Shown: positions 43,491 through 58,601, counted from the stretch's first letter. The stretch is 64,000 bases of DNA from Eledone cirrhosa (GCA_964016885.1 OZ024749.1:44640001-44704000); one strand, 5' to 3'. Notes: generated by a model from the letters alone, not told the origin. A program made the numbers and translations.

Positions 43491-43492
<2 letters not shown>
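43345..43492 (+). mobile_element. Family B element in (TA)n
   Basis: Homologous to 18206, 18677 and 44692; the 3' end CCCGGGATAAGCT abuts (TA)n. Confidence 0.8.
43357..43411 (+). ncRNA. Type I hammerhead ribozyme (family B, best copy)
   Basis: Stem I AGGGCTTC/GAAGCCTT; core CTGATGA at 43365-43371; stem II T-TTC-TCCG-GAA-T; GAA; stem III ACAG/CTGT with loop TTCTAGTC; GUA cleavage triplet ending at 43403. Confidence 0.8.
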
Positions 43493-43533
<41 letters not shown>

Positions 43534-43811
43534 AAATACATATATATGTGTGTGTGTGTGTGTGTGTGTAGTTTTGGCAGCGCGTTCTAATATAATATAA
43601 TAAATTATACGACAAGAAGACGACGCCTAACATGTTCTGGGTCATTGGGTTAAAACAGAGTGTCCCTTTGTCTTTTCTTGTGATAAGGGTAAATCGGGCT
43701 GGCTAATAATATTCTTCCTTACGCTCTACTTAGGAACATATAATTTCACACACACACACTCAGTCACAAACAGACACACATCACATGCACACACACAAAT
43801 ATATATATATA

Positions 43812-43951
43812 TAATTGTTTCTACTTTTGGCACAATGCCAGCAAATACCCAGTACATTACTGGTACTTTATTTTATCGACCTCTGTATGGATGAAAGGCA
43901 AAATTAACCTCGGCGGGATTTGAACTCAGATAGTAAAGGGGCGTAAATATG

Positions 43952-43985
<34 letters not shown>

Positions 43986-44160
43986 GCTTCTACTTTAGGC
44001 ACAAGGCCAGCAAATACACAGTGCATCAGTGGTACTTTATTTTATCGACCCCGTAAGGATGAAAGGCAAAGTCAACCTCGGCGGGATTTGAACTCAGATC
44101 GTAAAGGGACGTAACTATGTTGGAAAGCATGGCGTCCGACCCTCTACCGATACTGCCAAT
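43812..44160 (-). mobile_element. Two SINE family A copies (43812-43952 truncated; 43981-44160 near full) separated by (TA)n
   Basis: Consensus matches. Confidence 0.9.
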
Positions 44161-44287
44161 AGCGAAAGAGATATATAGTCAGATAGAAAGATAGATACAT
44201 GTATAAGTTTACATCTATCTATATCTATAAATATAGAAATAGCTTCTACAGGACTAGGAGCCTTTTTTTATAATATACGAAATATAT

Positions 44288-44334
<47 letters not shown>

Positions 44335-44421
44335 TAAAGATTTACATATACACAAACTAGACAAAGTCATAGAATCAAATGTTTCTATGGACATACTTTA
44401 TAGTATATATATATATATATA

Positions 44422-44611
44422 TTACAAAGGAATTGTGGTGAGGAACCAGGTGGACCATAACGCACCAGAGTACTCAATACTTCGGGTAGTAGAGTGGGGA
44501 ATAGGGAAAAGTATGACCCAGACGGCAGAGGTCAAGCCGTATCGATGGCTATTTCAGTTCAGAAATAGCCGTCGAAACAGCTTGAGCTCTGCTGACGGGA
44601 TCATACTTTTT

Positions 44612-44614
<3 letters not shown>
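44422..44614. mobile_element. Family C element in (TA)n
   Basis: Same structure as 43094. Confidence 0.8.
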
Positions 44615-44691
<77 letters not shown>

Positions 44692-44692
<1 letters not shown>

Positions 44693-44823
44693 GTTATTCC
44701 GGGTTGAATCGAAGGTAACCACAGTAAGTAAGGTACTCAATACATTGCAGAGTATGAAAGTTTTAATATAGATGAGATTCTACAGGACTAGAACTGTTTC
44801 ATTCTTTAGAAATCATCAGGAAC
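44692..44823 (-). mobile_element. Family B element with hammerhead core at 44778-44822
   Basis: Minus strand: TTC-CTGATGA-TTTCTAAAGAAT-GAAACAG-TTCTAGTC-CTGTA-GAA; flanked by (TA)n. Confidence 0.8.
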
Positions 44824-44834
44824 ATATATATATA

Positions 44835-44894
<60 letters not shown>

Positions 44895-45175
44895 AATTGA
44901 GAGAGAGAGGGAGAAAGAAATATGGAGAGAGAGTGGAGAGAGAGAGATGTATGCCCACGTGGTCCCGTCTGTCATAGAAGTCGAATTAGAAATGAAAGGA
45001 ATATGAGGAAGATGGCGTATGGCAACGTGTGATGGTTTAGGTGGCAGGTAACCGATATTGACAGACAATGTAATATGAAACACACATACACACACACACA
45101 CATTCATGCACATATATATACATTCATACATACATATAAAAATAAGTATATATATATACATATATACATACGTAA

Positions 45176-45220
<45 letters not shown>

Positions 45221-45306
45221 CATATATTTATATGTGTACATATACTGGTATATTTCTTCGTTGTACTGTGTTGTTTGCTTTGTTAGCGTTTAATTCTCGA
45301 TTATAC

Positions 45307-45374
<68 letters not shown>

Positions 45375-45439
45375 AAAAAGTGAACGGCAACAAAACAGAG
45401 AGGCATAACGAACAAATATATATATATGTATATATATAT

Positions 45440-45518
<79 letters not shown>

Positions 45519-45921
45519 TGTATATGTGTGTGTGTGCGTGTGTATGTATGTGTGCGTGTGTACATTCGTGTGTGTGCTTGTGAGAGTATGTGTGTGGGTT
45601 TAAAATTGGTTGCAAAAGAAGGGAGGTAGTATTTAAGATCTGAAATCAATACCATTGGTCATCTCCCTTTGTACGATGTCAATGGATTTGCTGAACGATT
45701 GTAACTGGGCACTATTGTGAAGTGAAAGGCGTTTGTTATTGATACTAATCATGGGAGACGTAACACAGGCATCTATCTATATCCTGTTTAGCTGTACAGG
45801 TGTCTGACATCGCTTGATGTATACGTATCCCTGTATGAATACGTATGTGTGTGCCTGTATAAGTAGTATACGTTTATATACATGCACACATGCATATATG
45901 TGTGTGTGTCTATATATATAC

Positions 45922-46057
<136 letters not shown>

Positions 46058-46058
46058 A

Positions 46059-46091
<33 letters not shown>

Positions 46092-46179
46092 GGGAGTGTG
46101 TTTGATTCTGTGTGTATGTGTGAATACACCAATATATACATGTATGCTTGTATTTATAAATGTATACACACACACACAC

Positions 46180-46235
<56 letters not shown>

Positions 46236-46554
46236 ATATATGTAAGTACGTGTAATTTAAGATAGAATCATAGCTCTAGATGGAAGAAGGATACAATAGG
46301 ACATATATTATATGATAGCATTATAAATGTATTGGCATATACAAAGAAAGCGTTAAACACAACTTATTACATATGAAGAGTGAAACAGAAGGATCAATAC
46401 ATTTTTGAAACCGATATTTGTTACGTGAAATGTGGTGGCTTCGATGTGAAAATATACCTTCCGTTAATATGTATCTAAATGTATTTAAATATGTAGCGTA
46501 TATTACTACATGCATGAAACCCAACATATTTTACAAAAGATAAAAGTATATCCT

Positions 46555-46599
<45 letters not shown>

Positions 46600-46818
46600 G
46601 CATATATATATGTGTGTGTGCGTATTCATTGACACACATATCTATGTACGTATATTTGTGTATGTATGTCTGTAAGCTTGTATATATGCGAATAGTCGAT
46701 AAGAAGATGCAGCAGAAGAGTAGAGTACAATGGAGTTACATCATCATGTCTCATATAATGCCCACTACTATAACAATCAGCTGACAAACTCCTTGTGAAA
46801 GCGGTTTGATCACTGAAA

Positions 46819-46856
<38 letters not shown>

Positions 46857-47022
46857 TTGTGTTTGTGTATGTGCAAGAGTGTGTATGTATACATATGTTT
46901 GTGTGTAAGTACCAGTGTGGTGAATAATGAAAAAAAAAAGACCAAGTTTAGTGCTTAATCAATTCAGTGTTTTACGATCGTTTCAGAGGTTTGATTGTTC
47001 ATGCTAAATCGATATAGTCACT

Positions 47023-47144
<122 letters not shown>

Positions 47145-47801
47145 AATCGTGAAGCCTACAATCGTAACATCGCATTCCATTTTGTTTAAATCGACACGCT
47201 TTAGTTGCAATAATTAAACACTAAGCTTAAACAAAATTGGCCGACTAAATAACGACGAAACTACCCGACTGATAACCCTTTTATTATCCGCTTGACGGTC
47301 ACTAAGGCACCTCAATAACCAGGGATGAGCAAGCGGCAAACGAGTCCTGATGAAGGTTTTAAAGAAAGAAGTTAATCAATAGATCACGAGATTTAAGTTG
47401 CTGAAAATTAAACCTTGCTTTCACTACCAGGCAGAATATATAGCTACTAAATACTTGATGATAAGCATGCTTATATTTTGATACTACCTCGTATATAATG
47501 GTTCAGATATAAACACAAGTACACACAAGTCTGCATATATATATATATGCATGACTATATATATATATATGCATGACTTGGCAAGCTATTTAGAACACTG
47601 GTTTAACCGCTTTACTTCCCTCCGAAGAAGAGATATTTTCTCGAAAATTAAGGACATTTTAATAAATCTAAGGTAAAAGACTAATTGTCAACAACAACTT
47701 TTGCATTTGCATTCTTTATTATATGTCCATACCTGCATTGCTTTGGCTTTATTATACAATACAAACGTTTATATATATATATAATTAAAGTGGATTCCCG
47801 T

Positions 47802-47863
<62 letters not shown>

Positions 47864-48220
47864 CACTTCTTCATTTTACGTGAGAATAATTATGTAATGC
47901 ATTACATAACAAACAAAAATAGTTCTGTGTGTATTTATACGTAATCCTGTCGTAAAGCCACGTAATTTCTATATAGATTCAGATCTTTTACGTTTCGTTT
48001 CCGTGAAGGTTAAACTCCCTGTTGTCAGATTGTAAACATACATAATAGTAAACAGGGTTTTTTCCTCTCACTCCTGTCATTCACACATCTATACATATAT
48101 ACATACGCACACACACACACATATATATATAATATATATAAATAAATAAATATATATATATATATGTATATAATATATAAATAAATATATATATATATAT
48201 ATACATATATACATATATAT

Positions 48221-48251
<31 letters not shown>

Positions 48252-48277
48252 AATATATATATAATATATACATATAG

Positions 48278-48340
<63 letters not shown>

Positions 48341-48361
48341 ATATATACATATACTTATATG

Positions 48362-48431
<70 letters not shown>

Positions 48432-48466
48432 CTTATATATATACATATATATATATAATATATACA

Positions 48467-48530
<64 letters not shown>

Positions 48531-48810
48531 GGTGTTCATGTGAGGTGATACAATTCCCGTTTATTCTTCAACAGTTTGGGTCAGTGAGCTTCAATAAATG
48601 TGATCACGCTATTGTTGAATTATGTTTATGTTTTCTGGATATTTTTTTTCTTCTTCTGATTTGTCTTTTGTTATCGTAGAAATGACAAAAGAAACGATTA
48701 CATATACAGAGAACATCACGACATCCACAAACACTCAAATATATTTATATATATATATGTATGCATATATGTATGCATGTATTATCTATGCTGTATATGT
48801 GTTATATACG

Positions 48811-48910
<100 letters not shown>

Positions 48911-48950
48911 TATAATATATATATACGTATATATTATATCTATATATGAG

Positions 48951-48988
<38 letters not shown>

Positions 48989-49014
48989 TAAAATAAAAAA
49001 ATATATATAAATAT

Positions 49015-49080
<66 letters not shown>

Positions 49081-49137
49081 TCATATATAGATATAATATA
49101 TATATACGTATATATTATATCTATATATGAGTGTGTA

Positions 49138-49171
<34 letters not shown>

Positions 49172-49204
49172 CATATACATACATATATTGACACACATAT
49201 ATAC

Positions 49205-49250
<46 letters not shown>

Positions 49251-49607
49251 AACACATACATGAACCACATCAACGACTACAACAACTACAACAATAATTC
49301 AAATTGATAACACTCTTTCATCCATGTCAAGGAACCCTATTTGTATTCCTTTTTTTCCTCTGTGTAGTATTAGTTATTTTATACAGATCTTTTTTCCTTG
49401 ACAGATCTGGCGAAACCTTTTTTGTTTATAGGTGGGTTATTTTCTCTAACGTTCTTTCAATGTCTATATTTTTTATACCCTTCCCCCTAAATTCTTATTA
49501 TTTTTGTCTTCACATCAGAGCTCTGTATGTTTTATAGTTATAACCATTCATTTTTGAGGCTGTGGCTTTTCGGTATAACAATTATCATTTAAATTATCAT
49601 ATAAAAT

Positions 49608-50015
49608 GCCTTGCAGTAGACTGTTACGGCCCTTTACGTTTCTGAGTTCAAAACCTGTCGATGTCCAATTTGGTTTTCATCCTACCGGGATCGATAAAAT
49701 ACCTTGTAGTGGATTGTTACGACCCTTTATATCCCTGAGTTCTAATACGACCCTTTATATCCCTGAGTTCTAATACGACCCTTTATATCCCTGAGTTCTA
49801 AATATCTCAACGTCGTCATTGGTTTTCATCCTACCGGGATCTATAAAATACCTTGTAGTGGATTGTTACGACCCTTTATAGTTCTAATACGACCCTTTAT
49901 ATCCCTGAGTTCTAATACGACCCTTTATATCCCTGAGTTTTAATACGACCCTTTATATCCCTGAGTTCTAAATATGTCAACGTCCTCACTGGTTTTCATC
50001 CTATCGGGATCGACA
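49608..50015 (+). repeat. SINE-derived nested tandem repeat
   Basis: Three SINE-A-like internal segments; units 2 and 3 contain tandem 28-bp ACGACCCTTTATATCCCTGAGTTCTAAT. Confidence 0.85.
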
Positions 50016-50407
50016 ACATTATAAACTAGTCCAAACCTAATATTCATGGTAATTGATGTTGACTTTCCTCAGATATTGTCCTTAAATTACAAACCATTAT
50101 TGTATTGGTTAAGCTGCTCGAGTGTTGTACAATATGCTCTGTGGTTGTTGGCAACGTCTGAGTAGTCTTCAGAGTTCAAATCTCGTGTAGGTCCACTACT
50201 ACATACATCTTTTTGGGAAATGTTTGACTGTGAAGTATACAATTCTATATTCGTGAAATATTCAACCCTCGACTCTCGTATGCGAAATCTGTCCATCTCT
50301 TGGAGTATCTATTACGTTCAGCCAGAGGCCAAGTTCCCTTTAATAATGCCTCACCCACACAGGCACTGATAGTTACTTCCTGGCTCTACAACAGAGTTTC
50401 ACAACGA

Positions 50408-50817
50408 AATAATGTTTTTTTTTATCTAGGCACAAGACCCGTAGTTTGGAGGGAGGGTAAAGTCAATTAAATCGACCCCTGTGCGTGACTGGCACTTTAT
50501 TTATATCGATCCCATAAGGATGAAAGGCAAAGTTAACCTCGGCGAGATTTGAATTTAGAATGGCAAGGGCCGTAACTCTATGTTGCAAAGCATGGCGTCC
50601 GACCATCTACCAATACTGCTAATCCACGATGAAATAATTGTTTCTACTATTGGCACAAGGCTAGATTACCCAGTACATTACTGGTACTTTATTTTATCGA
50701 CCCCGAAGAATGACAGGCAAAGTTAACCTCGGCGGGATTTGAACTCAGATCATAAAGGGCCATAACTCTTTGCTGCAAAGCATGGCGTCCTACCCTCACC
50801 GATACTGCCAATCCACG
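50408..50817 (-). mobile_element. Two tandem SINE family A copies (long subfamily 50408-50628; short subfamily 50633-50817)
   Basis: Consensus matches; GATGAAATAAT flanks the second copy on both sides. Confidence 0.9.
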
Positions 50818-51069
50818 ATGAAATAATGATGTTTCATTTGAATAGTTGATATATATATACGTAATTCATGACAAAATCTATGAACATGCATTACGAAATT
50901 TCTCCCTGAAAATATATGTAAGTTACATTTATTTACAGAGATAATTTACAAAACAGATAGCACTATACTTTGATGGGATATTCACATCAACACTACATCA
51001 ATTTCTATAAACTTATAAATCTCAAACCGATTCGGTAGAACACACATATACATATATATATTTATATAA

Positions 51070-51152
<83 letters not shown>

Positions 51153-52106
51153 TGATATATATATATATTTTCCTCGTTTTATAAGTTTCTTTATTTTACT
51201 GAAGTTTGTAAATGAGATCAGGGAATAAAAATAATCAACACGATTTTGCTACATTCAGAAACTAGATTTTAAATGCAAGTTATTTAAGACAATTTATTGT
51301 CCTGTTCTGATTTACTTTCCTTCTTCGTTTCTTAAGTACAATATTGTCGATGTGACATTCCATAATGGAACTTTAAGTTAACTTCATTCGAAAGAGTTCA
51401 ACAGACTTGAAATGTACTGGAAATTGCAGCAGTTAATACTTACATTTCCGATATCAGTTTCCGGTTACCATATTGAAAACTTTGCAACTACTTAACACTA
51501 AAACAGCTGAAGATTGGACACGTTTTGTATGAAGAGAAGCAGGCGCACACAAACACAAACAGAAACACACAGAAACACTCTCGTACAGGCAGCGGGCAAT
51601 ACACTAAAACGCACAAAGACACTTGCTGTCATACATCATGCGCACATATAAGTATATATATATACACCTGCATCTATATACTCATAGAAAATGTATTTAG
51701 ATATAGAGATGTAAATATATATGCATATATATATATATATACATATACATATATGTATATATAATATGTATATATATATACAAATATGTGTGTGAGTGTG
51801 TGTGTGTGCATCTGCATGTGTCCGTCTTGGGAATTACTGTACATTAAGATGAGGGAAGAACCACAAATTATGTTAAAATACGCCATTATATATAAGGCGA
51901 TAAATGTAAATTTTGTTTGTTCCTAAGTTGGTATTCTTTATATTTCAAATTGTCTTACCAGTTACATTCCTTATACCTGTTAGAATAACAGGAATATTGA
52001 TTCATTTTCTCTTCTGTCTCCCTATCAACAACGTCAATTGTTCTAATATAGTCAAACAAAATTGTTTCTTTTGCTAAGATTAAACACTCATTTCTACTAC
52101 TATAAT

Positions 52107-52165
52107 TGTTTCTACTTTAGGCACAAGGCCAGCAATTACCCAGTACATTACTGGTACTTTATTTT
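52107..52165 (-). mobile_element. Short 5'-truncated SINE family A with 17-bp TSD
   Basis: ATTTCTACTACTATAAT at 52090-52106 and 52166-52182. Confidence 0.85.
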
Positions 52166-52185
52166 ATTTCTACTACTATAATGAA

Positions 52186-52465
52186 GAGGCATGTGGCCTA
52201 AGTGGTGAGAGTGTTGGACTTACGATTATAATGCGGTCAGTTCGATTCCTGGGTTGAGTGTTGTGTTCTTTAGCAAAACACTCCATTTCACGTTGCTCCT
52301 GTATACTCAGCTGACAAAGAGTACCAGCAAAACCTGGGGGTTTAACCCTGCGATGGACTGGCGTCCTGTCAGGGGGAAGTCTTGTACTTTCAGTCACTTC
52401 ACGCCATGAAAGCGGGATAAGCACCTGCCAAATGAGCCTTCTGGCTTAAACAGACATTAGACTTT
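52186..52465 (+). mobile_element. tRNA-derived SINE, probably MetaSINE/MESC type
   Basis: A box TGGCCTAAGTGG, B box GTTCGATTCC, and central AACCCTGCGATGGACTGGCGTCCTGTCAGGGGG..CTTCACGCCATGAAAGCGGGATAAGC resembling the Meta domain (from memory). Confidence 0.75.
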
Positions 52466-52698
52466 AGTCTACTATAACCCTACACACAAAAACACCCAGA
52501 GACACACTCTCAAATTGGCACACACGAGTGCGCGTGCACGCACAGACACATATACACACAAACATATATAGAGAGATAGATAGATAGATAGATATATGCA
52601 TACATAATTATAAAAAACAATAGAGACGGTTTCATGCATGTATCCTTATTTTGATACATCATCCTGTTATGCATATTTCAAAGATACTATTGACGTTG

Positions 52699-52732
<34 letters not shown>

Positions 52733-53168
52733 TACATGTATGTGTTTGTCTGTATATGGTTATAAATGAAAGTATATGCGTGAGTAAGAAACTGGTTAAA
52801 TATAGTACTCTGTTACCGAGTTTACAAATAAGCACCATTCTTTAAAGATGACCAAATGTATCACTTAGTAGGAGTAGATTCTACAGAAACAAAATATGAT
52901 ACTCGGTAATGAGTCACATAATTTAGAATATAGTATTTTTATGTGTGCATATGTGAATGCAAATATGAGATTTGGTATGCATGTGTATGTGTCTGCGTAT
53001 CTGTATATATATGAGTATGGGTATATGTGCCTGTTTGTGTTTTTATCTATATGTGTACCAGAGTGTGTATATATATAATCTTCTGACATTTCCCCCACAA
53101 TTTTTGTAACATCCTTAAATGTATGTAGCAAAATATGGGTTTTGTTTGTATCATAACACGTTAGGATT

Positions 53169-53276
<108 letters not shown>

Positions 53277-53737
53277 ATATACATGTATATATATATATAT
53301 GTGTGTGTGTGTGTATATTTATATATCCATGCGAAACTTAAACGGAAACAACAAAGCAAAATATACAATACACTCAAGAAATATATATATGCATATAAAT
53401 ATGTATATATATATACATACATATTTGTATGTATGTATGTGAATATATATATAATTATATATATGTGTTTGTGTTTATGTACATATATGAACATATATAC
53501 ACACAAACATATATGTGTGTGTGAGTGTGTGTGGGTGTGGAGGGTGTGTGTGTGCCTTAATACTTCAGTTACGTATTTAACCTTTATTGTTTGCTTCTTA
53601 TAATGTTACATCATGTTTCCATATGAATGTATTTTTTCATTTTCATCGATTCTTCCTAAAGCCACGTGACATTTTTCTGTTTGATAAATTTTAAGGTGTT
53701 TTTATACACATACACAACTTTTCTCAAACCCTCTCTT

Positions 53738-53844
<107 letters not shown>

Positions 53845-55844
53845 CTTTAAACATTTGTTTCGTATAAACTTTCCTTTTAGTTTACTATATTACTACAGTT
53901 TTATTTACTCTATACTTGCGATGCTGTTTCGAAACATTTTTTGTTGTATATATATGCATGCATGTATGTATGTATGCATGTATGTATGTGTGTATGATTG
54001 TATGTATGTATGTATGAATGCATGTATATATGTATGTATCTATGTAACTATGCAAGTATTCATGTATGTACATATGTAGGTATATGTGTATGTATGTACG
54101 TACGTATGTATGAGTATATATATATATGTATATATATGTATGTATGTATGTATGTATTTTTTTAAGTCTGTCTCTATTTTTATAAATATGTACGTATAAC
54201 AACGCCTTTCTTGAATACGTTTGTAAACAATCATATATATTTGGGAAAATTATTTATGTATGTGTGTAGGTTTGCGTGGGTGCGCACTAGTTTGTGTGGG
54301 ATTCTATGTTCATCAGTATTTGTTTGTGTATATGTGAGTATGTGTGTATATGTACCAACGCATGTGGGTGTTTCTCGCCCACATGTGCGTGTTAGTGTGC
54401 GTTCCTGTTTGTATATCTAAAGGCATTTCCATGTACACTTAAAACATTCAGAAATATTTGTCTTCCTATCTTATAACCGAATGTATTTCAATTTCTTTTT
54501 TCTGATTCACTGCTCACAATCTTCTCCCACCTCCTTACTCTAACACAAACTTTAAAATGAAGAACACGTTTCTTCATATTTCCCACGCGACCTTTCTCTA
54601 TTTTATAGCCCCTTATATCTCTTCTGGGGACACTTGTTTCAGTGAATCGCGATCCAATATTTACTATATTTGAGCTAAAGTATTTTGTTGTATATTTTTT
54701 TTCTAATCTCTTTATGAATCTTTCTTCAATACATTATTGTATTTTATACGATTAGCCAAGAAAGTACTGTGTAATATAATAAAATGGCGTTGTTGTTGGA
54801 TGGGATATTGTGATATTGAAGTGTTGGCCAATGGTAGTATTATTGTATGAACGTGAATCAAAACATAAACAATACTAGCCAATGATAGAATCTCTACGGG
54901 CAATGTTACAAATCACTTTCTTCCGTTGAGTTTCGCTTTTGCTTTGATAAAAAAAAGAACCCGTTAATATTTAACTGAATTGGAATTCTGAAAGTAAAAG
55001 TACACAGCGGGATAATGTAATGCATACGTTCTTTTATACCTTTACTGCTTTCAGTCACTCAACTGCGACTATTTAGGGGAGATAACTTCATGCGTGTGGT
55101 CGGCTAATTGTTTTTAATAAAAAGCCAAAGCTATTATTATGTGCAGTGACTGCGACCCTATTATTTTATAGACCGTGTTTATGTATCAATTCATAGTTCT
55201 GAGTACATGTTTTAATCGTTATTCGTTCTGAGTAAATATATAAGCGTTCAAATGAACAAAGGTTTGACAGCCTAGGCTCATTCTTAAATTATGACACACC
55301 TTACTTTCACAATTCTGACTTCTATCTGCGGGTTTCTTTATCTCCCCACTCATAACATTTTACTACTTACTTGACCACTCGTATGGTGAAATATCTACTT
55401 TGACTTCTACAATTCTCCCATTCAGAGGCTCATAGTATAACGACCTATGTATATATATGATTCTATTATCATATGTTTAATAGATTCTATGATAATTCTA
55501 GATTCATTCCATTTATGTTTGTTCGTACCATGTTGTAGCACCAGTATTGTACACTTTCTTGCAGGTACGTTATTCATATGTTCCACTCTATATACGTCCT
55601 TCTGTAAAAATCCAAATTGTTTAAACTAGTTTATAACATTGGTGAAACTGTTCTTTGCTGTCGTAACCATCGACTTTGTACTATTTCATTATATATATAT
55701 GTGTAGAAATCTCATAGCTAGAACAGCCGTTAAAACACGTAAATGCTGTCAAAGACAGAGAATTGCTCAGTGGTCAGCACGCACACAAAATCACAGAAAC
55801 ACAATATATTAACAAATTGAAACTATATTTATAAAAGCATATTT

Positions 55845-55908
55845 ATTTCATTATACATATTTCAAGGGCCACCAAGGCAAATTATGGTGCGCTTTCATCA
55901 GATAAAAT
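55845..55908 (-). ncRNA. Type I hammerhead ribozyme (family E, copy 2)
   Basis: Minus strand: ATTTTAT-CTGATGA-AAGCGCACCA..TGGTGGCCCTT-GAAATATGTATA-ATGAAAT; the core is intact. Confidence 0.7.
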
Positions 55909-56575
55909 ATAATATAGGTTAGTTTTATAAATAAATATTGACATACCCTGAAAAAATGCAACCATTCTGGTTGGAATCTCCTGGATACACACACATATAT
56001 ATATATATAGAGAGAGACATATACGTACACAAATTTTTATACATACATATGTGTGTGAGAGACTTTAGACGTTGGATATGTCAATATATGTGTATGTATA
56101 TGTATATGGGAGAGATAGCATGTTAGATCCTTATTATATTATGTGTGCACATTTTTGACAGAAATGTACATTTTGTGTTATATTTTAAAAGAAAAAGAAG
56201 AATTATTTAAAAACCGATTCCAATATCTATATAATTAAATAAAAACAAATCAACGCTTAAGCGTAGCACAATGGAGATTTAAACAAATAAAAATAACTGA
56301 AAATATATGTAATAGTAAATAAAAAGAAGTGAATTCTCAGGTGTGATTTAATAATTGCGTATGAGAAAAGAAAATTGTTATCTAATTCACGTTTCACCTA
56401 TTAATTATGAGATTTTTCTCGAAGACCGATTTAATGTGTATATTATAATAAAACCCATGTGTGCATGTACAAGTATATATATATATGCATTTATTAAATA
56501 TGTATGAATGGATAAATGATTGAATGCATGCATCTATATTACATGTACGTTCACAATGCTTCATATTAACTACAG

Positions 56576-56792
<217 letters not shown>

Positions 56793-57003
56793 AATATATA
56801 TATATATATATTACAAAAAAAGCACGTGTATGTATAGATATAGAGCAGGATGAGACATTCTTTAGAAAAGATCAACGCACAGCGACTATGAAACTTCCAA
56901 TAGGATTTAGACAAAAGCGTCGGCGGCAAAACAAAAGAAACAACTGTGATATTTATGCACTGAAGCAACTGCATTGCCCTTTAGTCCTACTGCACGTATA
57001 TGC

Positions 57004-57076
<73 letters not shown>

Positions 57077-57144
57077 TGTGTCTATGGTTGTGGTATTTGT
57101 GTCACATCTGTCATTTGGTTTACGTATATTTGTATATTTTCATG

Positions 57145-57407
<263 letters not shown>

Positions 57408-57482
57408 TCACCACCATTAACATAATCATCTTCATCATCGGCATCATTGTTTTATTTACAATATAAGGTTATTTATTTGTAA

Positions 57483-57542
<60 letters not shown>

Positions 57543-57612
57543 GTATGTATATACATATATATATATATACATATAAATATATATATATATATGTATATAC
57601 ATACATATATAC

Positions 57613-57698
<86 letters not shown>

Positions 57699-58070
57699 GT
57701 ATGTATTTCTGTGTGTGTATACATATTAATCTTAGAAGTCAGTTGAGGAAATGAATCAATAAAATACATATTGTGTTGCTTTACATGTTCATAATAGAAA
57801 TGAATTGCCTCGGTGTGTGAGTGGATTTACGCCAGTAAAAACGATATTTGTTTTATAATGCTTTACTTTTTCTACTAATATTCTTATCTTTAATATTATT
57901 GATGAATATTCATGATTATAATAGAAAGACATTTGCACATGTGAAAATTTGATAAAATTAATGAAATAAAACAAAATCTAAATTATATATTTTTTGTTTA
58001 TACATCGATACATATATACAAACACACACACACATATATATATATGCATACACCCCTTCCGTATATATAT

Positions 58071-58151
<81 letters not shown>

Positions 58152-58507
58152 TATAATGTTTTTTAGTGTTCAGTTTCACGAATTTCTGCACGGATTTTTT
58201 GCACAAAATTTCAAATTATCATATGGGTTCCGAATATAAATGTTATCAAATGACAAAATATGTTGAAGCAAATACACGTGTGCTCACATATGAAAAGGCC
58301 CCCTGTAATATATGTAGACGTATGTATATATACAGACACACACACAGAGACAGACAAACACACTCTCTCTCACACATACACACATACACATATATATATA
58401 TATATAGGTATATAAACACATATATTCTCATTCACATCTTGTCACGCAAAAATATTACCAGAAATCAGTATATATTCGCATGCATACATAACATATATAT
58501 ATATATG

Positions 58508-58599
<92 letters not shown>

Positions 58600-58601
58600 T
58601 A

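Noticed and set aside
47340-47375. CTGATGA...GAAA as a hammerhead
   Set aside because: Stems I, II and III cannot be formed.
47985-48035. Minus-strand CTGACAA...GAAACGTA
   Set aside because: Core mismatch and no stem I pairing.
49700-49970. 28-bp repeats as a CRISPR array
   Set aside because: The repeats are contiguous with no unique spacers, are SINE-derived, and sit in a eukaryotic context with no cas genes.
52186-52260. SINE heads as real tRNA genes
   Set aside because: A and B boxes are present, but there is no complete cloverleaf and they continue into SINE bodies.
54712-54903. 63 aa ORF with a hydrophobic N-terminus
   Set aside because: Non-ATG start, short, and no recognisable family.
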